Positions 29,630 to 39,835 of a DNA stretch of 64,000 nt are shown here, piece by piece; position 1 is the stretch's first letter; every line of letters starts with the position of its first letter. The notes under the pieces were generated by a model. That model was not told the origin of the DNA and made no database searches. It saw nothing but the letters and a program-made list of their open reading frames with translations. The position numbers and the translations under genes are program-made. The stretch lies in the NCBI GenBank assembly GCA_001443385.1, contig LDXP01000002.1:38534-102533 (forward strand), read 5' to 3'. Source of the stretch: Candidatus Rokubacteria bacterium CSP1-6. Lineage in GTDB: Bacteria > Methylomirabilota > Methylomirabilia > Rokubacteriales > CSP1-6.

Positions 29630-30711
29630 GTGCGCATCGTCAATCGTCCGCCTGTGAAGCGGCTGCACCCCTTCGAGCGCTACCTGTCCGTCTGGGTGGC
29701 GTGCTGTATCGTCGCGGGAATCGCGATCGGGAGGCTCACCCCGGGGCTGGTGGGAGCGCTGAGCCGCCTGGAGGTGAGCCGCGTCAACCTCCCGATCGCC
29801 GTCCTCATCTGGCTGATGATCTATCCCATGATGCTGCGAATCGACTTCGCGGCACTGCGAGGCGTCGGCCGGCGGCCGAAAGGCATCCTGATCGTCCTGT
29901 TCGTGAACTGGCTGGTGAAGCCTTTCAGCATGGCCTTCCTCGGCTGGCTCTTCTTCAAGCAGTTCTTCGCGGGGATCATCGGCCCCGAGCTCGGGGATCA
30001 ATATCTCGCCGGCACCATCATCCTGGCCGCGGCTCCGTGCACGGCCATGGTCTTCGTCTGGAGCTATCTGACCGATGGCGATCCTGCCTACACGCTGGTC
30101 CAGGTCGCGCTCAACGACCTCATTATGCTCGTCGCCTTCGCGCCCATCGTGGTCTTCCTCTTGGGGGTTTCGAACATCACCGTGCCGTACGACGTGCTGC
30201 TGTACTCGGTGCTGCTCTACATCGTGATCCCGCTGGCGGCCGGGGCCATTTCCCGCACGGCGGCCCTTCGGGTCCGCGGTCCCGAGTGGTTCGAGGGCGT
30301 CCTCCTGGCGCGGCTCAAGCCGGTCACCATCGCGGCCTGCTGGCGACGCTCGTGATCATCTTCGCCTTCCAGGGCACGGTCATCCTCGGAAAGCTCTCCC
30401 ACATCGGGCTGATCGCCATCCCGCTGCTCATCCAGGTCTACTTCAACTCGGGGCTCGCGTACGGCCTGGCCCGGTGGTTCCGCGTTCCCCATTCGGTGGC
30501 CGCCCCCGGGGCGCTGATCGGCGCCAGCAATTTCTTCGAGCTCGCCGTCGCGACGGCCATCTCCCTGTTTGGGCTCACCTCGGGGGCCACGCTGGCGACC
30601 GTGGTGGGGGTCCTGGTTGAGGTGCCGGTCATGCTCTCCGTCTGCTCGTTTTGCAACCAGACGCGGGGCTGGTTTGCACCAGACGTGGGGGAACGGGCGA
30701 GTGCACAATGA
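29630..30711 (+). pseudogene. ACR3-family arsenite efflux transporter, disrupted by a -1 frameshift near 30342
   Basis: The N-terminal 241 aa are in one frame and end at a stop at 30355. The remaining ACR3 C-terminus ([34 protein letters not shown]...) continues in the +1 frame to 30711. A single missing C in GCGGCC(C)TGCTGG would restore the reading ...[13 protein letters not shown]. Confidence 0.75.
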
Positions 30712-31130
30712 CCAAGGCCCGTGTCCTCTTCCTCTGCACCCATAACTCGGCCCGGAGTCAGATGGCCGAGGGCTTTCTCCGCGACATGGCCGGCGACCGG
30801 TTCGAGATCGCCAGCGCGGGCACCGAGGCCACACGCGTCCACCCCCTGGCGATCCGGGCGATGGAGGAGGTCGGGATCAGCCTCGCGGGGCATACGTCCA
30901 AGACCCTCGACCGCTTCCTGGGCCAGCCCTGGGATTACGTCATCACGGTGTGCGACAGCGCCAACGAGCGGTGCCCGGCCTTCCCGGCGAAGACGCAGCG
31001 AATCCACTGGGGCTTCGACGACCCCTCCCGGACCACGGGAACGGAGGAGGAGCGCCTGGGAACCTTCCGCAGGATCCGCGACGAGATCAAAGCCAGACTC
31101 CTCGACTGGCTGGGCACTCAAGCACGCTGA
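30708..31130 (+). CDS. arsC: arsenate reductase, thioredoxin-coupled LMW-PTP family
   Basis: P-loop CTHNSARS (CX5R) and the Cys pair in CDSANERC. The ATGA overlaps the end of ACR3. Confidence 0.85.
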   Translation: MTKARVLFLCTHNSARSQMAEGFLRDMAGDRFEIASAGTEATRVHPLAIRAMEEVGISLAGHTSKTLDRFLGQPWDYVITVCDSANERCPAFPAKTQRIHWGFDDPSRTTGTEEERLGTFRRIRDEIKARLLDWLGTQAR

Positions 31131-31217
31131 GAGGTGGGGCGGTCCCACCACAGTGGGGCGCAGCGGCCTCTCCTCATCCGATTCCCCCGAAGCGTTTGAC
31201 CTAAAGCGTTCATCTTA

Positions 31218-31240
31218 GGAGACTCCCGTGAGGGAGTCTC
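31218..31240 (+). terminator. hairpin GGAGACTCCC-GTGA-GGGAGTCTC in the arsC-to-oxidoreductase intergenic region
   Basis: A 9-bp perfect stem lies 88 nt after the arsC stop. Confidence 0.3.
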
Positions 31241-31389
31241 GCCCGCGCTTGCTATCCATCCGTCACGGCAAGCCGAAACGGTCCCAGATCCTGCGCCGGC
31301 CCCTCGGGGTTCCATTCGGCACCGTCCTTGCTTGTGAATTTATACCCAAGGGGGACTCGTTTGCCCACACACCGAACGGAGGGCCAGGA

Positions 31390-32178
31390 ATGAGCACGCC
31401 GACGCCGATGTCCACGCGGGGAGAGGAGCTCGGCCGGATGCGGGAGGACCTCCGCCGGGCGCTCAAGAAGCCGGCGGAGCAGCGCCACTGGGCCATGGTG
31501 ATCAACACCAAGCGCTGCACGGCTTGCTATGCGTGCGTCGTGGCCTGCATGGCGGAGAACGGCTCCCCGCCCGGCGTCGCCTACCGACGGGTTGGAGAGG
31601 TGGAATCGGGGGAGTACCCGCAGGTGGCCCGCACCTTCATGCCGGTGAACTGCATGCAGTGTGACAATCCCCCCTGCATGAAGGCCGCGCCGGCCGGGGC
31701 CATCACCAAGCGCCCCGACGGGATCGTGGCCGTGGACTACGACAAGCTCAAGGGCAAGGACGTCTTCGAGCGGGTCTCGAAGGCGTGCCCCTACGGCGCC
31801 TTCTCATACGACGACGGGCGCTTCTACACGAAGGAGACCCCGGCCCTCCAGGCCTACGAGAAGGCGCCGACCTACGAGTACGGCAAGCCCTGGGTGAGGA
31901 CGAACGGGAAACCTCCGGTCGGGACAGCGCGGAAGTGCCACTTCTGCGTCCAGCGCCTCGAGGCCGGAATGCTCCCCGCCTGTGTCACGACCTGCGACGG
32001 CGGGGTCAGCTTCTTCGGCGACCTGAATGACGCCGAGAGCCTGGTCTCGAAGCTCCTCCGCGCCCACGGGAGCATGACGATGCAGGCGGCGCTCAAGACG
32101 GAGCCGCGCGTCCATTACCTGGTTGACGACGCTCAGGCGGCCGACAGCCTCAAGGCCTGCCTGGCCTGCCACCGATAG
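31390..32178 (+). CDS. 4Fe-4S ferredoxin-type electron-transfer subunit of a molybdopterin oxidoreductase (DmsB/TtrB/ArrB-like)
   Basis: A GGAGGG lies 7 nt before the ATG at 31390. Four Cys clusters are present ([31 protein letters not shown]...ACVTTC). No TM anchor. The 5' part of the listed ORF is rejected. Confidence 0.82.
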   Translation: MSTPTPMSTRGEELGRMREDLRRALKKPAEQRHWAMVINTKRCTACYACVVACMAENGSPPGVAYRRVGEVESGEYPQVARTFMPVNCMQCDNPPCMKAAPAGAITKRPDGIVAVDYDKLKGKDVFERVSKACPYGAFSYDDGRFYTKETPALQAYEKAPTYEYGKPWVRTNGKPPVGTARKCHFCVQRLEAGMLPACVTTCDGGVSFFGDLNDAESLVSKLLRAHGSMTMQAALKTEPRVHYLVDDAQAADSLKACLACHR

Positions 32179-32192
32179 GGGGAGGAAGACCG

Positions 32193-35100
32193 ATGACGAC
32201 AGAGCGCGAGACCTCGAACGGCTGCCAGGCTTGGTACCTGGACCGGCGGAACTTCCTCAAGACCGGGGCCTTCCTGGGCGGCTCGGCGCTGCTGGCCGGG
32301 CAGCTCCAGAGCGCGATGGACCTGATGGGGAGGGCGGAAGCCCAGACCCTCGCCGGCGGCGGGGCATATCCCCTCGCCAAGCCCGAGAACATCCTCTACT
32401 CCGTGTGCCTCCAGTGCAATACCGGCTGCGGGATCAAAGCGAAGGTCGTGAACGGTGTCGTCGTCAAGATCGACGGCAACCCGCTGGACCCCATGAACCT
32501 CACGCCGCACCTCCCCTATAAGTCCTCTCCGTTCGACATCGCGACTTACGACGCCATCCTCTGCCCCAAGGGGCAGGCCGGGCTCCAGTCCGCCTACGAT
32601 CCCTACCGGATCGTGAAGGTCTTGAAGCGCGCCGGCAAGCGGGGGTCGAACGAGTGGGTAACGATCCCCTTCGACCAGGCGGTGAAGGAGATCGTGGAGG
32701 GCGGCGAGCTCTTCAAGAACGTCCCCGGAGAGGAAAACCGCAAGGTCGCGGGGCTCAAGGAGATCTGGGCGCTCCGCGACCCCAAGCTCGCCAAGGCCCT
32801 GGCCGAGGACGCCAAGGCCGTCCAAGCCAAGAAGATGACCGCGGCGGAGTTCAAGGCCAAGAACGCCGAGCACCTCGGCCTCCTCATCGACCCGGAGCAT
32901 CCGGATCTGGGACCCAGGAACAACCAGTTCGTCTTCGCCTGGGGTCGGCTCAAGGCCGGGCGCGGGGATTTCATCAACCGGTTCACCAAGGACGCCTTCG
33001 GCTCGGTGAACGCCCACGGCCACACCACCGTCTGCCAGGGCTCGCTCTACTTTTCCGGCAAGGCGATGAGCGAGCAGTACAAGGAGGGGAAGTGGACGGG
33101 CGGGGCCAAGTTCTACTGGCAGGCCGACACGGGCAACTCCGAGTTCATCATCTTCGTGGGGGCCTCGCCCCTCGAGGGCAACTACGGCCCACCGCTCAGG
33201 ATCCCCAAGATCACCGAGGGGCTGACCTCCGGGCGGCTCAGGATCGCCGTCGTGGACCCGCGCTTCTCCAAGACCGCCGCGAAGGCCTGGCGCTGGCTCC
33301 CCAACAAGCCGGGCACCGAGGGCGCCCTGGCCCTCGCCCTGATCCGCTGGGTCATCGATAACCAGCGCTTCGACGCCCGCTTCCTCGCCAACGCGAACAA
33401 GGCCGCGGCCAAGGCCGACGGAGAGCCCACCTGGACCAACGCCGCCTGGCTCGTCAAGCTGGAAAAGGATGGCGCGCCGGGGGCGTTTCTCAGGGCCAAG
33501 GAGATCGGGCTCTCCGAGAAGGACCTCTTCGTCGTCCTGAAGGACGGCAAGCCTGTGGCCGTGGACCCCTACGACGAGGCCAACGCTGTCGAGGGTGACC
33601 TCTTCGTCACCGCCGAGGTGTCGGGGATCAAGGTCAAGAGCGGGCTCCAGCTCCTCAAGGAGTCGGCCAGCGCCCGCACCATCGAGGAGTGGGCCGACAT
33701 CGCCGGCGTCAACGCTCGCGACATCGTGGACCTGGCGACCGAGTTCACGAGCCACGGCAAGAAGGCCGCGGCCGACATCCACCGCGGGGTCTCCCAGCAC
33801 ACCAACGGCTTCTACAACGTCGTCGCGTGGTACGCGCTCAACCTCCTGATCGGCAACTACGACTGGAAGGGCGGGATGATCAAGGCGACGGCCTACAACG
33901 CGGCCGGCGGGCGGGAGGGCCAGCCGTTCCCCATCGGCAAGCTCATGCCCGGCAAAGCGGCCCCCTTCGGGATCAGCTCGATCCGCCACGACGTCAAGTA
34001 CGAGGACACGACCCTCTTCTCGGGTTACCCGGCCAAGCGCCCCTGGTTCCCCCTGTCCTCCGACCTCTACCAGGAGATCGTCCCCTCGGCAGGGGACGCC
34101 TATCCCTACCCGATCAAGGCGCTCTTCCTCTACATGGGCTCGCCGGTCTACTCGCTTCCGGCAGGCCACACCAACATCCCGATCCTGGCCGACGTGGAGA
34201 AAGTGCCGCTCTTCGTGACGAGCGACATCGTGATCGGCGAGACCTCCATGTACGCCGATTACATCTTCCCCGACCTCTCGTACCTCGAGCGCTGGGAGTT
34301 CCACGGCAGCCACCCCTCGGTGGCGCCGAAGATCCAGCCGGTGCGCCAACCGGTAATCGCACCCATCCCCGAGGCCGCCAAGGTCTTCGGCGAAGAGATG
34401 CCGATCTCGCTGGAGGCGCTGCTGCTGGCGATCGCCGAGCGGCTGGGCCTGCCCGGCTTCGGCAAGGACGGCTTCGGCCCCGGCCAGCCGTTCACGCGCC
34501 CCGAGGATTTCTACCTCCGGATGGTGGCCAACGTGGCGGCCGGGGACCGGGCGGGCGACGAGGTGCCCGACGCGAGCGACGAGGAGGTGAAGCTCTTCCT
34601 CGCCTCCCGCCGTCACCTGCCGAAGACCGTCTTCGACGCGGCGCGCTGGGAGCAGATCGTCGGCACCGGCCTGTGGCGCAAGGTGATCTACGTGCTGAAC
34701 CGCGGCGGCCGTTTCCAGGACGCGGACAAAGCCTACGACGGCGAGAAGGCCGCCAACAAGTACGGCACCCTCATCAACCTCTACCAGGAGAAGACCGCCA
34801 AGACCAAGAACGCGATGACCGGCAAGCCCTTCCCGGGCCTGGCCACCTATATCCCGGCGCCGCAGGACAGCTTGGGACGACCGATCGAGGATCGCGGGTA
34901 CGACCTCAGGCTCATCACCTTCAGGGAGATCAGCCACACCAAGTCCCGCACCGCTGCCGACTACTGGCTGCTGCACCTCCTGCCGGAGAACTCCGTCATT
35001 ATGAACGAAGTGGACGCCAAGCGGCTCGGGTTCAAGGACGGCCAGACGGTAAAGCTCACCTCGGCCTCGAACCCCGAAGGGGTCTGGGACCTGAAGAACG

Positions 35101-35375
35101 GCCAGAAGCGGCCGATCGCGGGAAAGCTCCGGGTGATCCAGGGGATCCGGCCGGGTGTCGTGGCCTTCTCCCTCGGTCACGGCCACTGGGCGTACGGCTC
35201 GGCCGATGTCCGCGTGGACGGCAAGGTGGTCAAGGGAGATCCGCGCCGCGGCAAGGGGCTCCACGCCAACGCCGCCCTGCGCGTGGACCCGGTCCTCGGC
35301 AACACCTGCCTCTCCGACCTGACCGGCGGGAGCGCGGTCTTCTACGACACGCAGGTGAAGGTCGTCAAGGTCTAA
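32193..35375 (+). CDS. Tat-exported molybdopterin (bis-MGD) oxidoreductase catalytic subunit, 1060 aa, substrate unassigned
   Basis: Twin-arginine signal [20 protein letters not shown]-terminal FeS motif CLQCNTGCG...CPKG. Size and blocks typical of the DMSO-reductase family. The 1170-aa antisense ORF is rejected. Confidence 0.85.
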   Translation: MTTERETSNGCQAWYLDRRNFLKTGAFLGGSALLAGQLQSAMDLMGRAEAQTLAGGGAYPLAKPENILYSVCLQCNTGCGIKAKVVNGVVVKIDGNPLDPMNLTPHLPYKSSPFDIATYDAILCPKGQAGLQSAYDPYRIVKVLKRAGKRGSNEWVTIPFDQAVKEIVEGGELFKNVPGEENRKVAGLKEIWALRDPKLAKALAEDAKAVQAKKMTAAEFKAKNAEHLGLLIDPEHPDLGPRNNQFVFAWGRLKAGRGDFINRFTKDAFGSVNAHGHTTVCQGSLYFSGKAMSEQYKEGKWTGGAKFYWQADTGNSEFIIFVGASPLEGNYGPPLRIPKITEGLTSGRLRIAVVDPRFSKTAAKAWRWLPNKPGTEGALALALIRWVIDNQRFDARFLANANKAAAKADGEPTWTNAAWLVKLEKDGAPGAFLRAKEIGLSEKDLFVVLKDGKPVAVDPYDEANAVEGDLFVTAEVSGIKVKSGLQLLKESASARTIEEWADIAGVNARDIVDLATEFTSHGKKAAADIHRGVSQHTNGFYNVVAWYALNLLIGNYDWKGGMIKATAYNAAGGREGQPFPIGKLMPGKAAPFGISSIRHDVKYEDTTLFSGYPAKRPWFPLSSDLYQEIVPSAGDAYPYPIKALFLYMGSPVYSLPAGHTNIPILADVEKVPLFVTSDIVIGETSMYADYIFPDLSYLERWEFHGSHPSVAPKIQPVRQPVIAPIPEAAKVFGEEMPISLEALLLAIAERLGLPGFGKDGFGPGQPFTRPEDFYLRMVANVAAGDRAGDEVPDASDEEVKLFLASRRHLPKTVFDAARWEQIVGTGLWRKVIYVLNRGGRFQDADKAYDGEKAANKYGTLINLYQEKTAKTKNAMTGKPFPGLATYIPAPQDSLGRPIEDRGYDLRLITFREISHTKSRTAADYWLLHLLPENSVIMNEVDAKRLGFKDGQTVKLTSASNPEGVWDLKNGQKRPIAGKLRVIQGIRPGVVAFSLGHGHWAYGSADVRVDGKVVKGDPRRGKGLHANAALRVDPVLGNTCLSDLTGGSAVFYDTQVKVVKV

Positions 35376-35379
35376 CGCG

Positions 35380-36003
35380 ATGACGCCGGCCATCGCCCTC
35401 GCCGAGGCGCCCTTGGCCCAGCGACCCTTCGACGAGCTGGTCGAGGAGGCGGTCGCCTTCCACGGCCATCTCTGTCCCGGCCAGGTCCTGGGCGTCCGCA
35501 TGGCGGTCACCGGCTGCCGCGAGGTCGGCATCCCCCTGCCCCTGCAAGCCGGCAAGGGGCTGGTGGTGTTCGTGGAGATCGACCGCTGCGCCACCGACGC
35601 GATCCAGGCCCTGACCGGGGTCAGCCTCGGCAAGCGGACGCTCAAGCACCTGGACTACGGCAAGATGGCCGCTACGTTCGTCAACGTGGCCGGCGGGGCC
35701 GCCGTCCGTGTCTCGGCGCGCGACGATGCCCGCACCCTGGCGCCCTCGTATGCTCCTGGCGAGGCGGACGCGCGGCAGGCCCAGATCCAGGCCTACCAGG
35801 TCATGCCGGAGGCAGCCCTGCTCAGCATCGAGCCCGTCGTCGTGAACCCCGGCTGGCTCGACCGGCGCCGCGTCCGGGTGCTCTGCGAGGAATGCGGCGA
35901 AGGGATCAACTATCAGCGAGAGCTCACGGCCGGCGGGCGGATCCTCTGCCGGCCGTGCGGCGGCGAGGGATACTACTCAGCCCGCCCCCCTGGCCGTCGC
36001 TGA
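35380..36003 (+). CDS. FmdE-family protein with C-terminal zinc ribbon
   Basis: The FHGHLCPGQVLGVRM motif of the FmdE/FwdE domain. CEECG...CRPCGG ribbon. Confidence 0.75.
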   Translation: MTPAIALAEAPLAQRPFDELVEEAVAFHGHLCPGQVLGVRMAVTGCREVGIPLPLQAGKGLVVFVEIDRCATDAIQALTGVSLGKRTLKHLDYGKMAATFVNVAGGAAVRVSARDDARTLAPSYAPGEADARQAQIQAYQVMPEAALLSIEPVVVNPGWLDRRRVRVLCEECGEGINYQRELTAGGRILCRPCGGEGYYSARPPGRR

Positions 36004-36040
36004 CCCGCCCCCTCGGATTAACTCCCCCGCCCCAGCGGCG

Positions 36041-36409
36041 CTACCGCCGCGTGATCACGACGATCCGGCCGCGATCGCTCAGAAATGCGGTCAAGAGCCA
36101 GCTCACCACGCTGACGATCAGCGCCCCGAAGACGGCGGCCCAGAACCCGTGGACTTCGAACCCCTTCACCAGGAGCGAGGTCAGCCAGAGGGTGAGACCG
36201 TTCAGCACGAAGAGGAAGAGACCCAGGGTGACCAGGGTCAGCGGGAGGGTCAGGACGAGCAGGACCGGTCGGACCACGGCGTTGACGAGCCCGAGCACGA
36301 GCCCGGCCCCCAGGGCGGTGAGGATCCCCCGGATCTCGATCCCGGGCACGATGGCCGCGGCGAGAAAGATAGCCAGGGCGTTCGCGAGGACCCGGAGCAG
36401 GAAGCCCAC
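36041..36409 (-). CDS. phage-holin-like 4-TM membrane protein (DUF360 family)
   Basis: 122 aa, four TM helices, with an LTLPLTLVTLGLFLFVLNG pattern. Confidence 0.6.
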   Translation of the reverse strand: MGFLLRVLANALAIFLAAAIVPGIEIRGILTALGAGLVLGLVNAVVRPVLLVLTLPLTLVTLGLFLFVLNGLTLWLTSLLVKGFEVHGFWAAVFGALIVSVVSWLLTAFLSDRGRIVVITRR

Positions 36410-36421
36410 GAGTCTACCCCC

Positions 36422-37117
36422 CTATTTCGGCTGGTAGACCCAGATCTTCCCGGCCGCCGCCAGCCCCAGCACGATCGCCTTCCCATCGCTCGCCGTCGTA
36501 ATCGTCCCGGCCCACGGCGCGACCTCCTGGATCTTGAGCCGCATCCCGGGTCTCACCCCGTTCTGCCACAGGTGCTCCAGGAGCTTCCGGTCCGCCTCCG
36601 CCTCCTCGGTGATGCGCTCCACCACGACCGTCGTGCCTTCCTTGGCCTGGTCGAGCGGGAAGGGATGCGACTGGGACGGGCTCGCCATGCCGGGGATCGG
36701 GTTGCCGTGGGGACAGGTCGTGGGCATCCCGAGGATGGCCGCCAGGCGGTCCTCGACCTTGGGGGAGAGGGCGTGCTCGAGCCGGTGGGCCTCTTCGTGC
36801 GCCTCGGTCCAGTCGAGCCCGAGGATGTCCGTCAGCCACCGCTCGAGGAGCCGGTGGCGCCGGGCCATGACCTCCGCCATGGCCCTGCCTTTCTTGGTAA
36901 GCGTGATCTCCTTGCCCGCGGCCAGCCGAATGTAGCCCGCGCGGACCATGCGGTGGAGGGCCTCGGTCACCGCCGGGGGGGAGACCTTCATGTGCTTGGC
37001 AAGCCGCGCTCCGATCACGGGCCGGCCGCTCCCGGCGAGGTCGTAGATCGCCGCCAGATAGTCCTGGACCGAGGCCGTCGTCTCGGGGGATCGGGCGCCG
37101 CGGGTGAGGTGCGCCAT
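36422..37117 (-). CDS. DtxR/IdeR/MntR-family metal-dependent transcriptional repressor with SH3-like C-domain
   Basis: HTH region DYLAAIYDL..ARLAKHMKVSPPAVTEALHRM. Metal-site residues. C-terminal FeoA-like domain. Confidence 0.85.
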   Translation of the reverse strand: MAHLTRGARSPETTASVQDYLAAIYDLAGSGRPVIGARLAKHMKVSPPAVTEALHRMVRAGYIRLAAGKEITLTKKGRAMAEVMARRHRLLERWLTDILGLDWTEAHEEAHRLEHALSPKVEDRLAAILGMPTTCPHGNPIPGMASPSQSHPFPLDQAKEGTTVVVERITEEAEADRKLLEHLWQNGVRPGMRLKIQEVAPWAGTITTASDGKAIVLGLAAAGKIWVYQPK

Positions 37118-37231
37118 CGGTGCCCCATTATGAGGCCTCCCCCGGCCCGGCGCAAACAGGGCAGGCGAAAATTAGGTTGACAGGATGTTTTGTATTAGGT
37201 ATGGTTAAGGCCATCCCACAGGAGGCCGGAA

Positions 37232-38251
37232 ATGAAACGCACCGCCATTCTGCTGCTCGGCCTGGGGCTGGGACTGAGCGCCGCCCTTCCCGCCTGGGCC
37301 TCCGCGTCCGAGGTGATCGTGTACTCGGCCCGCAAGGAGGAGTTGATCCGCCCCGCCCTGGACGCGTTCCAGAAGGCCACCGGCATCAAGGTCACGCTGC
37401 TGTCCGCAAAGGCGGGCGATCTGGCCCGGCGGATCGAGATGGAGAAGAGCGATCCGAAGGGCGACGTGTTCCTCGGCACCACCGCCGGGATCGCGGAGCT
37501 CCTCCGCCGAAAGGGCCTCCTGGCCCCCTACTTTTCCGCCGCGGCCCAGGAAGTGCCCGAGGAGTTCAGGGCGCCGGACGGCGGCTGGGTGGCCCTCACC
37601 GGCCGCGTGCGCGTCCTGATCTACAACCGCACCCTCGCCGCGGAGCGGGATCTCCCCCGCTCGTACTTCGACCTCACCGATCCGAAGTGGAAGGGCAAGG
37701 TGGCCGTGGCCTCCATGGGCGAGCGCACCACGGTGAGCTGGCTGGCCGCCCTGATGGCGCTCAGGGGCGAGGAGGCCACCCGCCGGTACGTGAAGGGGCT
37801 CCGGGACAACGGCCTCAAGGTCCTCAACAACAATACCGAGGTGCGGAAGGCCGTGACGCGCGGCGAGTACGCCATCGGCATCACCAACCACTACTACTAC
37901 CTTCTCCAGCTCCAGGAAGATCCCCATGGCCCGGTGGGAATCCTCTACCCGGACCAGGGGCCTGATGGGATCGGCACCCCGGTCTTCTCCATCACGGCGG
38001 GAATCATCAAGGGGGCGAAGCACCCCGACGCCGCCCGGGGGCTGGTGGACTTCCTCCTGGGGGCCCAGGGCAACCGCCTGCTCGTGCAGGGAGAGTTCGA
38101 GATCCCGCTCATCGCGGGGATCCCGGTGCCGGGAGAGGACAAGGGCGTCAAGGGCCTCGGACAGTTCAAGAAGGCGCGGGTGACCCAGGTCCAGCTTGCG
38201 GACCTGGAGCCGAGGGTCGAAAAGCTCTTCGGGCCCTTCCTCATCCCGTAG
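37232..38251 (+). CDS. Fe(3+) ABC transporter substrate-binding protein (FbpA/AfuA-like)
   Basis: Signal peptide. The VIVYSARKEELIRP pattern of iron-binding SBPs. Confidence 0.82.
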   Translation: MKRTAILLLGLGLGLSAALPAWASASEVIVYSARKEELIRPALDAFQKATGIKVTLLSAKAGDLARRIEMEKSDPKGDVFLGTTAGIAELLRRKGLLAPYFSAAAQEVPEEFRAPDGGWVALTGRVRVLIYNRTLAAERDLPRSYFDLTDPKWKGKVAVASMGERTTVSWLAALMALRGEEATRRYVKGLRDNGLKVLNNNTEVRKAVTRGEYAIGITNHYYYLLQLQEDPHGPVGILYPDQGPDGIGTPVFSITAGIIKGAKHPDAARGLVDFLLGAQGNRLLVQGEFEIPLIAGIPVPGEDKGVKGLGQFKKARVTQVQLADLEPRVEKLFGPFLIP

Positions 38252-39831
38252 TGACTGTCCGCCGCCGCTGGTCCCCGGCCGGGCTCGCTCTCGCCGCCCC
38301 GACGGCCTTCTTCGTCATTGGCCCGCTCGGCTTCCTCATGTGGATGGGTCTTGCCCAGGAGCGAGCCGACTTCCTCGAGCGGGCGCGGGACCTGGATCTG
38401 CTGATGGTGGTGGGGCAGGTCGCCCTCCTGGCCACGCTGACGACGGTCTGGGCGTGCGCGCTGGGAGTGCCGCTCGCGTGGCTCACGGTGCGCACCGACC
38501 TCCCCGCCCGGCGGCTCCTTCACTGGCTGGCGCCGCTCCCGCTGGCCATTCCGCCCTACATCGGCGCCTTGGTCTATCAGATCCTGCTGGCTCCGGGCGG
38601 AATGGCCCCGAGGTTCCTCGGCACCGGGAGCCTCCCCGTGAGCCTCTACAGCGTCGCCGGCGCCGCGTGGATCCTGGGTCTCTTCACCTACCCGTACCCG
38701 TACCTGCTCGTGAGCGGAGCACTGGAGCGGACGAACCCCGCGCTCGAGGAAGCCGCCCGCGGGGCGGGGCTGTCGCCGCGGCACGTGCTCACCCGCGTCA
38801 CCCTCCCGCTGCTCCGCCCGTCGCTCTTGGCCGGCGCGCTCATCGTGTTCCTGTACGGCTGGGCCGACTTTGGCGTCGTCTCCCTGCTCCGCGTCCGGAC
38901 GCTCACCACCATCATTTACGAGTACGTCCAGGGCACGCTGGACTGGGCGCTTCCGGCCGCCCTCTCGGTCTTCCTGACAGTCATTACGATCCTCGTCCTG
39001 CTCCTCCAGCTGCGGGTCCTGGGCCGGGCCCGCTACACTCAGATCGTCGGCTCGGCCAAGCCGGCGCCGCGGATTGCCCTCGGGGCGTGGCGCTGGCTGG
39101 CGTTCGCGTACGCCTGGGGGGTGCTCACGCTGACGCTCCTGCTCCCGCTGGGCGTCCTGGGCTATCAGGTCTCGCGGTTGCCCGCCTCCGACATGGGCGC
39201 CTTTGTCCTGACGCAGTGGCCCTACTTCGTGAACAGTCTCTGGACGGCGGTCGCGGGGGCGAGCCTCGCCCTCGTGATCGCCCTTGGCATCGGATGGCTT
39301 GAGGGCCGCGGGCTCTCCCGATCGGTGTCCGGACTCTTTCAGGTCGGCTACGCCATCCCGGGCACCGTGCTCGGGCTCGGCCTGGCGGGTTTCCTTCACG
39401 CCACGCTCCCCTGGATCTACGCGACCCCGCTGGCGCTGATCGTGGCCTATCTGATCCTCTACATCACGCCGGCCTGCCAGGCCGTCAAGGCGGCGCTCGC
39501 CCAGCTGCACCCCTCGATCGAGGAGGCCGCCCGGAGCCTGGGCCGCGGGCCGCTCGCCGCCTTCCGCGCGGTTACCCTGCCCCTCATCAAGCCGGGCCTC
39601 GTTGCCGGCTGGCTGCTGGTGTTCGTCCTCTCCATGCGCGAGCTGGCGGCCACGCTGATCGTGCGCCCGCCGGGCTTCGATACCCTGCCCGTGCGGATCT
39701 GGATCCACGCCATGGACGTGGGGCCGGAGCCGCGGGCGGCGGCGCTGGCCCTGGTCCTCGTGCTCACCATCGCGCTCCCCTGGCTCGTGCTGCTCTCCCG
39801 CCGGCTCAGGGGAATCTCCCCGAGCGTGTGA
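38251..39831 (+). CDS. iron ABC transporter permease (FbpB/AfuB-like, duplicated TM domain)
   Basis: 526 aa, 12 TM, two EAA loops. Confidence 0.82.
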   Translation: MTVRRRWSPAGLALAAPTAFFVIGPLGFLMWMGLAQERADFLERARDLDLLMVVGQVALLATLTTVWACALGVPLAWLTVRTDLPARRLLHWLAPLPLAIPPYIGALVYQILLAPGGMAPRFLGTGSLPVSLYSVAGAAWILGLFTYPYPYLLVSGALERTNPALEEAARGAGLSPRHVLTRVTLPLLRPSLLAGALIVFLYGWADFGVVSLLRVRTLTTIIYEYVQGTLDWALPAALSVFLTVITILVLLLQLRVLGRARYTQIVGSAKPAPRIALGAWRWLAFAYAWGVLTLTLLLPLGVLGYQVSRLPASDMGAFVLTQWPYFVNSLWTAVAGASLALVIALGIGWLEGRGLSRSVSGLFQVGYAIPGTVLGLGLAGFLHATLPWIYATPLALIVAYLILYITPACQAVKAALAQLHPSIEEAARSLGRGPLAAFRAVTLPLIKPGLVAGWLLVFVLSMRELAATLIVRPPGFDTLPVRIWIHAMDVGPEPRAAALALVLVLTIALPWLVLLSRRLRGISPSV

Positions 39832-39835
39832 CGCC

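Noticed and set aside
31228-31389. 54-codon N-terminal extension of the FeS-subunit ORF
   Set aside because: No RBS is present, whereas the internal ATG at 31390 has GGAGGG upstream and gives a typical ferredoxin-subunit N-terminus.
32164-32178. CLACH (CxxCH heme-c-like) motif at the extreme C-terminus of the FeS subunit
   Set aside because: It is a single occurrence within a Cys-rich ferredoxin and is most likely chance. A Tat-exported FeS protein is unlikely to be a c-type cytochrome.
32133-35645. 1170-aa minus-strand ORF opposite the molybdoenzyme catalytic subunit
   Set aside because: The + strand ORF has a Tat signal, an FeS Cys motif and DMSO-reductase-family blocks. The minus-strand ORF is low-complexity.
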